From assembly GCA_049724395.1 (NCBI GenBank), contig JAUGWO010000018.1, positions 62,001 through 113,943 of the forward strand: a DNA stretch of 51,943 bases, given 5' to 3'. The stretch comes from Spongospora subterranea f. sp. subterranea. Taxonomy: Eukaryota. Below are positions 24,801 to 36,758 of the stretch, piece after piece (the first letter of the stretch is position 1; each line of letters starts with the position of its first letter). Below the pieces are notes generated by a model that saw nothing but the letters and a program-made list of their open reading frames with translations, made no database searches and was not told where the DNA came from. A program made the position numbers and the translations under genes.

Positions 24801-26908
24801 ATGACGATCACAGTTGGCCAAGATGAGCACGATGAGAAGCTCGCTCCTCTTTTGGACCAGTTCGTTGACCAAGACACAGTAAAGCGTCATCCTGGCTTCA
24901 CCGATAGAAACAGCGATGATGAATGGGAATCTTCGGCAGATATAGAAGTAGGGCAATATGAAGTCATTGAAACTCGAATGAATTGGCTGCATGAGACATG
25001 GATGTTTGCTGTTATTGGTGGTCCTGTTGGGCTATCTTCATTCCTCAGAGTAATCAGTAAGCCCGAAGAGATGCGCTCGCACAGGGTTACTCCCCTAATT
25101 TCCCTAATTCTACATTGTGTAGTGGCAATAACGGACTCTAGCGTATTGGGTCGTCTTGAGAACGGAACTGTCTATCTGGCAGCATCAGCAATGTAATGGA
25201 TCTCTATTATGCTGTTATCCCTACCCAAATGATATGCTTATCCCAGTATGCAGGGCCTCCATTGTTTTAGACATCTTCTCCAGTTTTCCAAGTAGTGCAG
25301 CGGATTCCTTAATCACTCTCTGTTCTCAAGCTGAAGGAGCAAAGAATCCCAAACTACTTGGGAAATGGTTGAAAATAGGAACCGTTGCCATCATCATCCT
25401 CAGTCTACCAATTATCGTCATATCATTTTTCACAGGTATGATCTCGTCATGCCATTTTTCTCTCGAACTAAAAGACTTACCTAGACCGGATACTATACAT
25501 GTTGGGAACCTCACCTGAGATTGCGTAATCCCCCAGAATTCTCCCTTTACTGTTCTAATGTACTATATGGTGTTTTCAGGACTATTTCCAAAACTTTCGC
25601 AATCTGGACGGCGTTTGGGTTGATTCCGAACTCCATATATTATGCCCTCCGGCAGTTCTTCCAGACACAAAACATTGTGCTGCCTTCCCTCTTCAATAAT
25701 ATGGCGTTTGTATTCATCAACGTATTCCTCAACATCTTGTTTGTTCATGGTATTTGAGGATCGACGCGATTGCACAATTTTTTAACACACCGCAACGGTT
25801 AGGGGTGGGTGGATTTAGCGGTTTGGGATATATCGGATCGCCAATTGCGACCACTGTGTCCCGAAGCCTGCAACTACTTGTATTCATCATTTACACTTGC
25901 GCCATCAAACAGTACCATGTCAGAACTTGGCCAAGCACACCATTTTGGGATTGCTTTACCATTTCCAGTGTAAGAGAATACTCAAAGCAAACAGTTCCAA
26001 CAATGTTTGGAAATGTCTCGACACAATGGGTGCGTTCATACATCAAAATTCAGCATTTTCAGGTTTTTTAACGGATCATTATGTTCTTAGTTGCTACAAA
26101 TGGTTTCTATATTCGCTTCACGACTAGGTATTAGCACTATAGTCGTTTTCAATTTCCGCCGATATGATATATTCGGGTAGGTGTTACTGAGGTCGCTGTT
26201 CAATCAGCTGTTTACAACGTCTTTTACGCATTTCAATGCTTGACTATCGGCTTAGCTAAAGCTACGATCAGTAGAGTTGGATACTATCTCGGTTAAGTTC
26301 TGTAGATCATGCTCCCATTCCGGGAATACTCATGATGAAAACAGGTGCGAACAACCCGAAATTCGCTCGACTTACTGCACGGTTGTCGTTCTCCTTATCA
26401 ATAATCGTGGCATTTCTAATCGCCACAACTCTATATATTATCCGATACCAAATTGGTCATATATTCTCTCGAGACCCTGCAGTATGGTCAGCAGCCACAC
26501 AGTTGACGAGTATGTTGGCGTTGGCGTATGGTTGGCTAAGGTGATCTCCCACCTCCATTATCCAAACAACGCACGCTGATGCGCTCACAGTATGATGCTC
26601 ATTTTAGCTTCGATCCTGTATGGACAAGGGCGTCCATTTCCTGTTGCCATCATCACTGCATTGGTAAATTAACCTCGTTGGTCGCTAGACGAAGATAACT
26701 GACGATGTCGAAACAGGGTAATTGGCTCTGCTCTCTGCCTGCTGCATATGTTTTCGCATTTCAACTGAAGCTCGGGCTGGTTGGAATTTGGCTGGGGCTT
26801 GCTTGTGGTTATACCATGATGTCTTGTGTTATGGGGATCGTGATATTTCGAAGTAATTGGGAACAGTGCGCCATCGATGCTCGAAGGCGTTCAAAGTCTA
26901 CCTGCTGA
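24801..26908 (+). CDS. MATE family efflux transporter, multi-exon
   Basis: LGRL..YLAASA, TLCSQAEGAKN, LRQFFQTQNIV, GLGYIGSPIAT, RVGYYLGANNP, YGQGRP, GLVGIWLGL, RSNWEQ. Confidence 0.93.
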
Positions 26909-27406
26909 GTACCAGCTGTATGCAGTTTCTGATGATAATAACCATAGTTTTTATTAAATTGTCAGTACTTTACACTGGGCCGGCCCAGTTAGCAAAAAAG
27001 CTAAATATTCCGTTCCCCATCTTACTCATTAGCCATCAACAAAATACTTGCGTCTAAACATAACAGTAAAACGACGGACGGTCGACGCACGTGCATCGTT
27101 GCTGGCATTTTTTTTCCTGAATCGAGCCCTAATTTTTGGATTCTGTGTCAGTGGACAATGCGGGTCGAGCGCCAGGTGAGGCATTGCGCCAGTTTGGCTC
27201 TTGCCTGTCTGGCGGCTGCAGTGCTTCCCTGATTTACGTGTCTCACAAGTCAGAGGTGCCCGATTCCCTCTGGACCTGTATTCCAACCCCCTAATTGTCG
27301 GGTCCAACCGCTGGTCCATAAAGGATTATTTGGCGCGGACGTTGGGTCGCCTCGTTGCGCGCTATTAGGAGGGCGTCGCTATCCTGGGCGGTTTCTGTCG
27401 CCTAAA

Positions 27407-29446
27407 ATGGTTTTACATTCCGCACGCAGTGAACAAGAGCAGAATGTGCCTTTGCTAATCGATGCCCATGATGGCATCGATACACTAAACGTATCCGGCA
27501 CTGAAGTGAATTTTACCTGGAAATCTGAAGCGTGGGTGCTGAGTTCAATCGGGTTTCCTGTTGGGGTTTCGTCATTCTGCCGCCTATTAAGTATTTATGC
27601 TCGTTTTTTATTTCCATTTCCACTGAATGCAATTGATTGTGAAACAGTGGCTGTCACCGATATCAGCGTCCTTGGTCGACTTCCTAATGGCACAATATAT
27701 CTTGCAGCCGCCTCGATGTTTGTCCATGATTCTGTTGACTATCTCATCTTTGTCACCAACACCTTATCTAGGTCGTATGTAGTTATGGATATAACAGGGA
27801 CGTTTCCTTCAACAGCGGCAGACGCTCTCAATGCCCTTTGTTCTCAAGCTGATGGCGCCAAGAACCCCAAGATGATCGGTCGATGGCTCAAGATCGGTCT
27901 ATGTATTGTCATTCTTATGTGTCCGCCTATAATGCTTTTATGGCTCATGACAGGTACTATCTCCTTGTCGATTTTCGCCATCTACTCACGCTTTTTAGGA
28001 ACAATTCTAGAATCGTTGGGTTGTTCGCCCGAAATCGCGTATTTCAAACTCGATAACCATTGACCTTGTTTTACCTATTTACCATGTACCTAGAGATTTA
28101 GCCAATACTTTCGCCCTGTGGTCAATGTTTGGTCTTATTCCCAATACTGTCTACTACGCCATTCGTCAATATTTCCAAGCACAACATATTGTAATGCCAG
28201 CCCTTTATACAAACATGTTGTTTGTAGGTGTCAATCTGTTCCTCAATGTCGCTCTCGTCCATGGTTCTTGATTTTCAATGCAATCAATTTGTTTGACTCC
28301 TTATCTGTATGCTATTTTTAGGACTGGGGCCTTTTCCTGGGCTAGGATTCATTGGGTCGCCAATCGCTACATCCTTATCGCGTACATTGCAGCTTGTCGT
28401 TTTTATTCTCTACACATGTACATGGAAGAAGCTGCACCGAACAACATGGCCTGATGGCTCGTTTTGGGATTGTTTTTCAAAACGACATGTGTCGGAGTAC
28501 TTTAAACAGACCATTCCCACCATGATTGGCAATGCAATTGAGCAATGGGTAAATTGCACTATAGTTCGTACATTCCAGGGTTTTTTGTTCTGATTCTGAT
28601 TTACAGCAATTCGAGGCAGTGACATTGATGGCGTCAAGATTAAGTTAGCTCTTATCACGCCTATCGCCGTTCTGCAGTAATCAACTCGTTTATAGGTGTT
28701 GTAGATTTGGCCACGCAATCAGCAGTATTCAACATATTCTATACTTTCCACTGTATCACGTTCGGTTTGAGCAAAGCTATCACATGTCGCGTTGGTTATT
28801 ATTTGGGCAAGTTGCTTCAAGCTTCGAGGCAGTCCTGTTTTTGTTTAACTCATATCTGCAGGCGCTAACCAGCCCAGATATGCCAGGTTTACAAGCCTTC
28901 TGGCAATCTGGTTATGTTTGGGCATAAGTGTGTGCATCGCCGCCATTCTTTACTTAATCCGGAACGTTATCGGTCATCTGTATTCCCTTGATCCGGCGAT
29001 ATGGGCAGATAGTGCATCGCTGATGACATTTCTTTCCATAACTTATATTGGAGTCAGGTCATCATTTGTGAGATTCCTGGCACCAAGTCCTTCATCTTAT
29101 TCGTTTCCCACGTAGTTTGCTAATGGCGTTGATATCCATCTTATTTGGACAAGGAAGACCATTTCCTGTTGCAGTCGTTGGTGGATTGGTAATTCTTCCA
29201 TGATTCTCGTTGTCGTCAACTCTAATTGGGTAATTGCAATGTTCATCACAGTGCGCTTGGGTTGTCTCTTTACCAGCTGCTTACACATTCTCGTTCGTGT
29301 TCTCGTTTGGTCTTGTCGGTTTGTGGATGGGCCTATCGTGCGGTTACTTCCTTAGCGCGATCTTGTTGGGCGCTATCGTTTATCGAAGTGATTGGAATGA
29401 CTGCGCTATACAAGCTGTATCAAGATCAACAATTGTTTATGATTAA
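27407..29446 (+). CDS. MATE family efflux transporter, multi-exon
   Basis: Same motifs and intron positions as the upstream paralogue (LCSQADGAKN, GLGFIGSPIATS, GLVGLWMGL, RSDW); one GC-AG intron at 28807-28861. Confidence 0.93.
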
Positions 29447-29899
29447 TTTATACGTCAGAGAAAATAATAGTGATTGCGTTTCGTAGTAAAAATTGCTCGC
29501 CATAAGCCAACTACATCCTAGATCAACATAGTATCTTTACTTGGTAATTACATTGCACTCTTAACGATATCATAAGATGCGTTTTGGCCGTCAGGTCAGG
29601 ACGGCCTCGAAATAGCAGCGAAATAACGAAAGTCACTAGCTTCATTAATGAGATCATTGACGTAACTCGTAGAAATAACACCTCGACCTAAGAAGCAGAA
29701 TTCAGTTACGCGATACGTAACAAATAGCATCAGGTTGTGCGAGCAATTCTTGTGATTTTGCTGCGGCTGCAGCAAATTCTAGCAATTAGCTAAGCAGCCG
29801 AATGCGTCATCTGACATCTCATGACAATAATATTTCGAACGGGCTTTTGGATCATCTGTGAACCGTCACTGTCGCCAAACGGACACGCGACGCGTAGCA

Positions 29900-30165
29900 T
29901 TACGGGATGCAGCATGATGCCTCGGGAAAGATATCGACGGGTTCCTGGGCAGCGAAACCCTCGGTGTTGCATCCAGTATTGGTACAGGTCGTTGGCGATA
30001 GTGACGGTCCACAGATGATTCAAAAGCCCGTTTGAAACATTATTTGTCGGGGATAAGGAGTACATCGTGGCCGCTGCGATGTATTTTATCAACCGCAACT
30101 GTCACCTTGAACCCGGTTATGCTGGGATTCCTTTCGCTGACCATCCACGGTACATCTTGGCCATT
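29900..30165 (-). mobile_element. Possible degenerate Tc1/IS630-type DDE transposase fragment
   Basis: YRGWSAKG...YSLSPT..SNGLL...CPGTR loosely resembles the eukaryotic DDE_3 region; interrupted by stops. Confidence 0.25.
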
Positions 30166-30173
30166 TACATTAC

Positions 30174-30712
30174 CGTGCTCGATCACCACCGGTTGACGCC
30201 AGATCTGACTCTCAACCTACCGAATGGGGCCGACTACAGAACACGGCCACACCACCGGTTGACGCCAGGTCATCAACCTACCGAATGGGGCCGTGCTCGA
30301 TCACCACCGGTTGACGCCAGATCTGACTCTCAACCTACCGAATGGGGCCGACTACAGAACACGGCCACACCACCGGTTGACGCCAGATCTGACTCTCAAC
30401 CTACCGAATGGGACCGACTACAGAACACGGCCACACCACCGGTTGACGCCAGATCTGTACCTGACTCTCAACCTACCGAATGGGGCCGACTACAGAACAC
30501 GGCCACACCACCGGTTGACGCCAGGTCTGACTCTCAACCTACCGAATGGGGCCGACTACAGAACACGGCCACACCACCGGTTGACGCCAGGTCTGACTCT
30601 CAACCTACCGAATGGGGCCGACTACAGAACACGGCCACACCACCGGTTGACGCCAGATCTGACTCTCAATCTACCGAATGGGGTCGGCACAGAACACGAC
30701 CGGTTGACGTGT
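30174..30712. repeat. 66-bp minisatellite, ~7-8 copies, with a 118-bp higher-order duplication at its start
   Basis: Unit ccaccggttgacgccagatctgactctcaacctaccgaatggggccgactacagaacacggccaca; cgtgctcgatca recurs at ~30174 and ~30292. Confidence 0.95.
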
Positions 30713-30831
30713 TCAGTCAACCAGATTGGCCACACCAGAGGATATGGAACTGGTAGAGGTAATAACCCTACCAGGGTAGACCTCCTTACCAATCACCGTT
30801 TTAAGGGGATAAAGGATATCTGAATCCTGTT

Positions 30832-31431
30832 ATGAATATGGCGACAGCGGATCTCTGTGATAATCACCCAAACATGATTCATGTTGTCGACGCCTCGATC
30901 GCATTCCGATCGTTTGGTCTGAGGAAGAGCTTTCATGGGCGAAGTAATGTGATCGCCGATCAACCAACTATTTACTAATGAAATCCGATCAGTTTCAACA
31001 GTGAAGTGCCATGAAGATAACTCGTTCGTGAAGAAAGCGGTGAATGAGGAAGGCCATGGGCAAGTGTTAGTCGTTGACGGTGGAGGATCTTCTAGACGAT
31101 CCCTTCTTGGAGATGACCTGGCCCGAACAGCCAGCTCCAAGTCGGTATCGACTCGATTCACCATTTCCCAATCCGATCTAATCGCTCGTTTGTATATAGT
31201 GGATGGAGCGGGATTGTAATTTATGGGTATGTGAGAGATAGCGCCATCATCGATAGTGTTGACATCGGGGTGAAAGCGCTAGGCACAGTTCCAATTAAGA
31301 CAGACAAGAACAATATCGGGCAACGCGACGTGGTGTTGCGCTTTCTGGGGACTCAATTCCAGCCAGGTCATTATATATATTCTGATAGTGATGGGATTGT
31401 CGTCAGCTCAACCGCCCTGTATTCGGTCTAA
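30832..31431 (+). CDS. rraA: RraA-like / 4-hydroxy-4-methyl-2-oxoglutarate aldolase, two introns
   Basis: [72 protein letters not shown]. Confidence 0.93.
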
Positions 31432-32099
31432 TTCTGTTGACTGCCGAGCGATCAATCAACCTGCGCTGAACCTATCTAGGATTGGGGGTTCATTCGGATC
31501 GTTTTCAGTACGAATAAATAGAGGAGAAGATTATTTGAGAGAACCGGAAGGGGCAACACGAGTGGGCGCTCGAATGAATGAAAAGAAGGGCGTTGGGGAC
31601 GAAATGATCTCGTTCGCCAGAAGTGTTAACGCCCTAGCTTTGGTTAACGATGATGATCCGTTAGAACCGGTAGAGGTTATCAATAGGAATAGCGCCATTA
31701 GGGCAGAGACAACAGGACCCCCAAATCTCAATGAAAGACCTAGAGAATCTAGCACAGAATCAAACGCATTGGTGGAGTTTATCGCTCGTTATGGAACAGC
31801 GCCAGATAGTTCTAAGGCGACAGACGTGAATGGAAACAGGATTGGCCACATAAGTACTGAACAGGAGAATGCAACATCGGAGGACGAAATGGGTGGCGAC
31901 TTGTTTTCACCACCGAAACCGGAGGATTTCGATGAAGATGACGATGAGAATCTTCGTCTGAATCTAACTGATACTGCCAATCATGATAAGGACGGTGAAG
32001 GTTTGCGAATTTTTGGATCAAAAAAACAATTGCGAGTTCAATATCATAGCGCTATCCTCAAACAAGTTGGAAGGTGAAGGCGGCGAACTCGGGTTCGAA

Positions 32100-32330
32100 G
32101 ACCTGACCCGTTGGGTATCGGCCGAAGGAGAACAACCGCGCCATTTCATCATCAAACCGGATCCCAACAATGGCGATTATCACCAACACTCCAATAAATT
32201 AGGGCGAGAGCAGCTAAGGGGTCAGTGGCTGATTAGTATCGGATGCGCTTTATTCGGATATAGGAAAGAGTGCTGTCAAGAGATTTACTTGGCAAACTTC
32301 GATCATAGAATCCATCAATGGTATCGGTTC
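32100..32330 (-). mobile_element. Degenerate chromodomain / gypsy pol 3' end (chromovirus remnant)
   Basis: - strand IAIVGIR then, frameshifted, MKWRGCSPSADT; preceded by VCQVNLL resembling VFHVSLL. Confidence 0.35.
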
Positions 32331-32810
32331 CCTTTGATCACGAATCTCTGGAACCTGAATCAGGGACTGCTGGCCCCGAGGTGCTCAGGGAAGCTGAGAC
32401 GTCCCATACCGCCGTCCGCTCCCTTCCTCTAGATGTTGAGCTTTAACTCGTTATGTTTTATCTGTGGACTGTGTAATCATGTCCTATCATTTACTTCGTG
32501 ATGATATCGCCATTTTCGTCTGTGCTCGCTTTACTCAATCATCGGTAATTGACTCGTCCCCACACTATACATATTCTGCCGTGTTGGGAAAACATTGTAA
32601 AGGAACGCTTTCCGACTAACGAAAACGCTCACAGTCTAAAGCACTCTCAACAGACACAACATTCGTTAACAATATCTACAGATCATCGCAATTCGGTCCA
32701 TCTTCTCATAGATCCAACTTGTAGAACATCGTCAGTTTTCCCCAATTCGGAAGATGGTTTAGCGGGATTGGACAATTGTCCAAAATTGAACACTCAGCAC
32801 CAATAATTCC

Positions 32811-34835
32811 GGGCAGATCTCGACACTCGTTGGAAATATACTCGTTAATTATACCATCCCTGGCTCTCATCAATATCAAACGCTCATTTCGCGATATTCA
32901 ATGAACACGGTTTTCGCCAATCGTATGGTTGACCCACTCTGTTGAGATTTATTAACATCAACTTGAGTTTATTATTGATTCACATCTGTCACAGGACGAT
33001 CACGGCTTCATCTTGGACGAAGATGATGAACAGATATTCCAACGGACAGATTCAGTGTGTATGGGCTGTTCCATCCAGATATTGGACCACTACAGATACC
33101 TAACAGCGCCTTTGTTCATTCGGGAATTGTCAGCCCATTAGTCCTCGATTCCACATTGGCCACGAAGCTCAACCTTTCTGGTCGTCAAAAATGCACGAGA
33201 CTATCATTGAAGCCCTTCGCCGTTTTAGGTCTATGACCAATTCATTGTATTTTTTCAGCTCATCATTGGATAGCACAATTGGTGCGGCAGAATGATATCG
33301 GAAAAGGGTGTCTCGTTCGATCACAATTGGTGCGGCAGAATGAGGGTCGGAAAAGGGTGTCTCGTTCGATCACAATTGGTGCGGCAGAATGATATCGGAA
33401 AAGGGTGTCTCGTTCGATCACAATTGGTGCGGCAGAATGATATCGGAAAAGGGTGTCTCGTTCGATCACAATTGGTGCGGCACGGAAAAGTTGGTGCGGC
33501 AGAATGATATCGGAAAAGGGTGTCGATCACAATTGGTGCGGCAGAATGATATCGGAAAAGGGTGTCTCGTTCGATCACAATTGGTGCGGCAGAATGATAT
33601 CGGAAAAGGGTGTCTCGTTCGATCACAATTGGTGCGGCAGAATGATATCGGAAAAGGGTGTCTCGTTCGATCACAATTGGTGCGGCAGAATGATATCGGA
33701 AAAGGGTGTCTCGTTCGATCATAATGTCGTTTCGTTGCTGATCGAATTTCCGTCACCAATCACTGCTGGCGATCTGCAACAATTACTATGTGGACCCAAC
33801 TGGATGTGCTCAGCAATCCCAAGGTTCTCTGAACTTGTGGACTTGCTTCAACAGCTGCAGTTAATAGAGTCCCCCCCTATTGACAGTTCACAGAAATCGC
33901 AATTGAAGATGGTCATATTGATGAATTTGAGCTGGAACCACTCTAATGACCAGTGTTTCTCTCAAATCAAATCCACCTTGCAGAACTTGGGTCTATTGCC
34001 CACATCAACGATGAATATTCACTGTGTATATCCAGATTTTTAAAAAGACTTTTGGCCAATTCTCCTGACACAGATCCCAACCGAGGATCTGAGAAAATCT
34101 GTGGAACGACAACGCCATGAACTGCTAACATGTCTTAACGGCAGTTTCAAAGGTAGTCAACTGAACTGGGCGATTATAGAACATGAGGCATATCCAATAG
34201 TTGAAAGGTGCCACCGTTTGAAGCCCTATCTGATTGGGAACAAATGTCGTCTCTTTACAGATCACAGAAACCTTAGTAAAAACGGTAAATAATGAGTAAT
34301 CGCCCCGTGGCCGGTTTTTGTGCTTTAGTGACATATTGATTAATGGTAAAAGACTGGGCCAATCCTGCTGGTAATTAACTTGCACTTCCGACTCTAACTT
34401 TCCCTTCGACTCGATGATATTTTCAACAGTGGGTGGGGAAGGTCTCGTGCATCTTTCACGACCAGAAAGGTTGAGCTATTGTGGCCAATGTGACATCGAG
34501 GACTAAATGGGCTGACAATTCCCAAATGATCGAGGGCGCTGTTAGGTATCTGTAGTGATACAGATGGGTTCAAGGTGGAACAGCCCATACACACCAAATC
34601 TGTCCGTTGGAATATCTGTTCATTATCGTCGTCCAAAATGAAGCAGTGATCGTGGTGTGACAGATGTGTAATAAACTCAAGTTAATGTTGATAATCTCAG
34701 TCAGAGTGGGTCAACCACACAATTAACGACAACAACCGTGTTCATGGAATATCTCGAAATGAGCGTTTGATATTGATGAGAGCCAGGGATGGTATAATTA
34801 ACGAGTATATCCCATCGAGTGTCAGGATCTGCCCA
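32811..34835. mobile_element. Scrambled Ty3/gypsy remnant: inverted ~390-bp integrase-like arms (32811-33201 / 34442-34835) bracketing an RT-thumb/RNase H fragment
   Basis: + strand WCGRMISEKGVSFD..PITAGDLQQLLCG.NWM.SAIPRF and GSFKGSQLNWAIIEHEAYPIV..LFTDHRNL; - strand QDWPSLLPLINMSL; arms align reverse-complemented with scattered differences. Confidence 0.85.
33274..33721 (+). repeat. 48-bp tandem repeat, ~9 copies, derived from gypsy RT coding sequence
   Basis: Unit cacaattggtgcggcagaatgatatcggaaaagggtgtctcgttcgat = HNWCGRMISEKGVSFD; the last copy continues in frame into RT. Confidence 0.95.
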
Positions 34836-35363
34836 GAGATTGACGTCACCAGCGGTGTGCTGAGTGCTCAAACATTATTGGACAATTTTACTTTGTTGTG
34901 CGTTTGAGCGTCCTGGCGACGAAACCAAACATTGCGTTTTACGAGGTCAGCAGCGCCAAGATCAGGATCGGAGTTGGCCATGGTGTCAGGTCGTTCATCA
35001 TCCTCACCAGGACCAAAAGAACTTTTGAAGTGCACCTCCTGGGGAATCGCTAAACCCGCTCTGTTATTGCACAATATAGTTTTGTCACACACTCGTCATG
35101 GCGCTGTAGTCCCCGATCAGAATCAACGTCCCGGTCAATGTGCTATTACCGCTAATCCATCAAATTCACCTCTTGACATCCTCCATCTGATCATCTATAT
35201 TTGAAGCCATCAATACATGTTAAATCTGTGCATTCTTCTCATTCTTCCTTCACTGTAAATGTGCACATGAACAGCAGCCGGTCAATCATGCAAAGCTGTA
35301 CAGGATTTAATTGACGAAAATCGTGAATTAACAGTCTAGACTAGTTGCAGTTTATCAATTCTG

Positions 35364-36758
35364 TCACAAGGAAAAAATAAAACACAAGAGCAACACCACG
35401 AATATCACTTTCATTACAGAAGGGAGGTCCATAACATGAACATCACCTCTACAACGAGAGTCAAAAGAGGACTGGGACAGTATTTCTTGAAGGTATTTAG
35501 CAGTAGACACATAAGGCGTATCAAGACCAACAATCTCTGTGTTATCCGGAATATCATCTTCTGGGATTGGCTCATCAACAAATTCTGATTCGCAAGGGCT
35601 CTTTTCCTCGTCGAAGATATCCCCATTATTCACTGACTGTGTTTCATCATGTGCATTGGGTAATGCCAAAGCTGGAGCAACATCAACGCCATGAAAAACA
35701 TCTTGGGGAAAAAGCGCATCAACAGTTTGTGATTCGCAATGGACCTCTTCCTCGTTGATGATGTCGCCATTATTCACTGAGGGGCTCTCATCGACTGTTG
35801 TTAATGCCATGGCTGGAACAGCATTAACGCCAGCAATACCATCTTCGGGGACTGGCTCCTCAATAGTTTGTGATGATTCAGTAGAGATCTCTTCCTCGTC
35901 GCCATTATTCACTGAGGGGTTCTCATCGACTGTTGTTAATGCCATGGCTGGAACAACATTAACGCCAGCAATACCATCTTCGGGGACTGGCTCCTCAACA
36001 GTTTGTGATGATAAAGTAGAGATCTCTTCCTCGTCGCCATTATTCACTGAGCGGTTCTCCTCAATTGTACTGGGTAATGTCCCGGCTGGAACTACACCAA
36101 CACCACTGGACAACTTCTCGAATGGATCGTTCTTAGCTGCAACGTCCGAACGACTCTTTTTCTTGAACACCGGAATACATTCACCTAGACTTCGGAAACT
36201 CTTCTTCAGACGACTTGCAGAAGAATGAGCAAATTGTTTGAGACCAGAGATGCGCTTGGGGAGTTTGGGCGGCACGCGGGTATTTGAACCTGATTGATTA
36301 GGATTACAAGATTCGGATAGAACAGCATTTGTATTGGGTAATCCCACGGCTGGAACAATATCAACTCTAATATTAGCATGTTGGGAGGATCGCTCATGAA
36401 CAGTTTGTGATTCCCAAGGGATCTCTTCCTCGTCGCCAATATTCACTGACTGTTTCTCATGACGTGTACTGGGTAATTCCACGGCTGAAACAGCCTCAAC
36501 GTCACTGGACAATTCCTTGACGCTCGTATCTGCAACTTTCGAACGGCTTTTTTTCTTCCATACCGGAATACAACCACCAAAGTTCTTGATAACTTTGTTA
36601 AAACGACTTGCAGATGAATCAACATCTTTGTTGAGTCCAGCATGGATGCGATTGGGGAGTTTGGGTACCGCGTTGGTATCTGAACCTGATTGGTCGGGCA
36701 CAGCGATAGTATGAGCGAATACAATCACGACAGTGATCAGGATCACGGAGCAATTCAT
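35364..36758 (-). CDS. Secreted/surface acidic repeat protein (464 aa), family member 1
   Basis: Intronless ORF from MNCSVILITVVIVFAHTIA (signal peptide); basic domain present twice; ~41-45-aa acidic repeats (V.VVPA..L....SVNNGDEEE...ESQTV.E..P.D); hydrophobic C-terminus VIFVVLLLCFIFSL. Confidence 0.85.
   Translation of the reverse strand: MNCSVILITVVIVFAHTIAVPDQSGSDTNAVPKLPNRIHAGLNKDVDSSASRFNKVIKNFGGCIPVWKKKSRSKVADTSVKELSSDVEAVSAVELPSTRHEKQSVNIGDEEEIPWESQTVHERSSQHANIRVDIVPAVGLPNTNAVLSESCNPNQSGSNTRVPPKLPKRISGLKQFAHSSASRLKKSFRSLGECIPVFKKKSRSDVAAKNDPFEKLSSGVGVVPAGTLPSTIEENRSVNNGDEEEISTLSSQTVEEPVPEDGIAGVNVVPAMALTTVDENPSVNNGDEEEISTESSQTIEEPVPEDGIAGVNAVPAMALTTVDESPSVNNGDIINEEEVHCESQTVDALFPQDVFHGVDVAPALALPNAHDETQSVNNGDIFDEEKSPCESEFVDEPIPEDDIPDNTEIVGLDTPYVSTAKYLQEILSQSSFDSRCRGDVHVMDLPSVMKVIFVVLLLCFIFSL

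Noticed and set aside
30067..30823. 229-aa and 176-aa repeat ORFs
   Set aside because: Open frames arise from a 66-bp unit lacking stops in two frames; no ATG start or signal peptide supports a gene.
33274..33721. CRISPR-like regular array (also 30174-30712 and 48706-49362)
   Set aside because: Units are contiguous with no unique spacers, there are no cas genes, and the context is eukaryotic.
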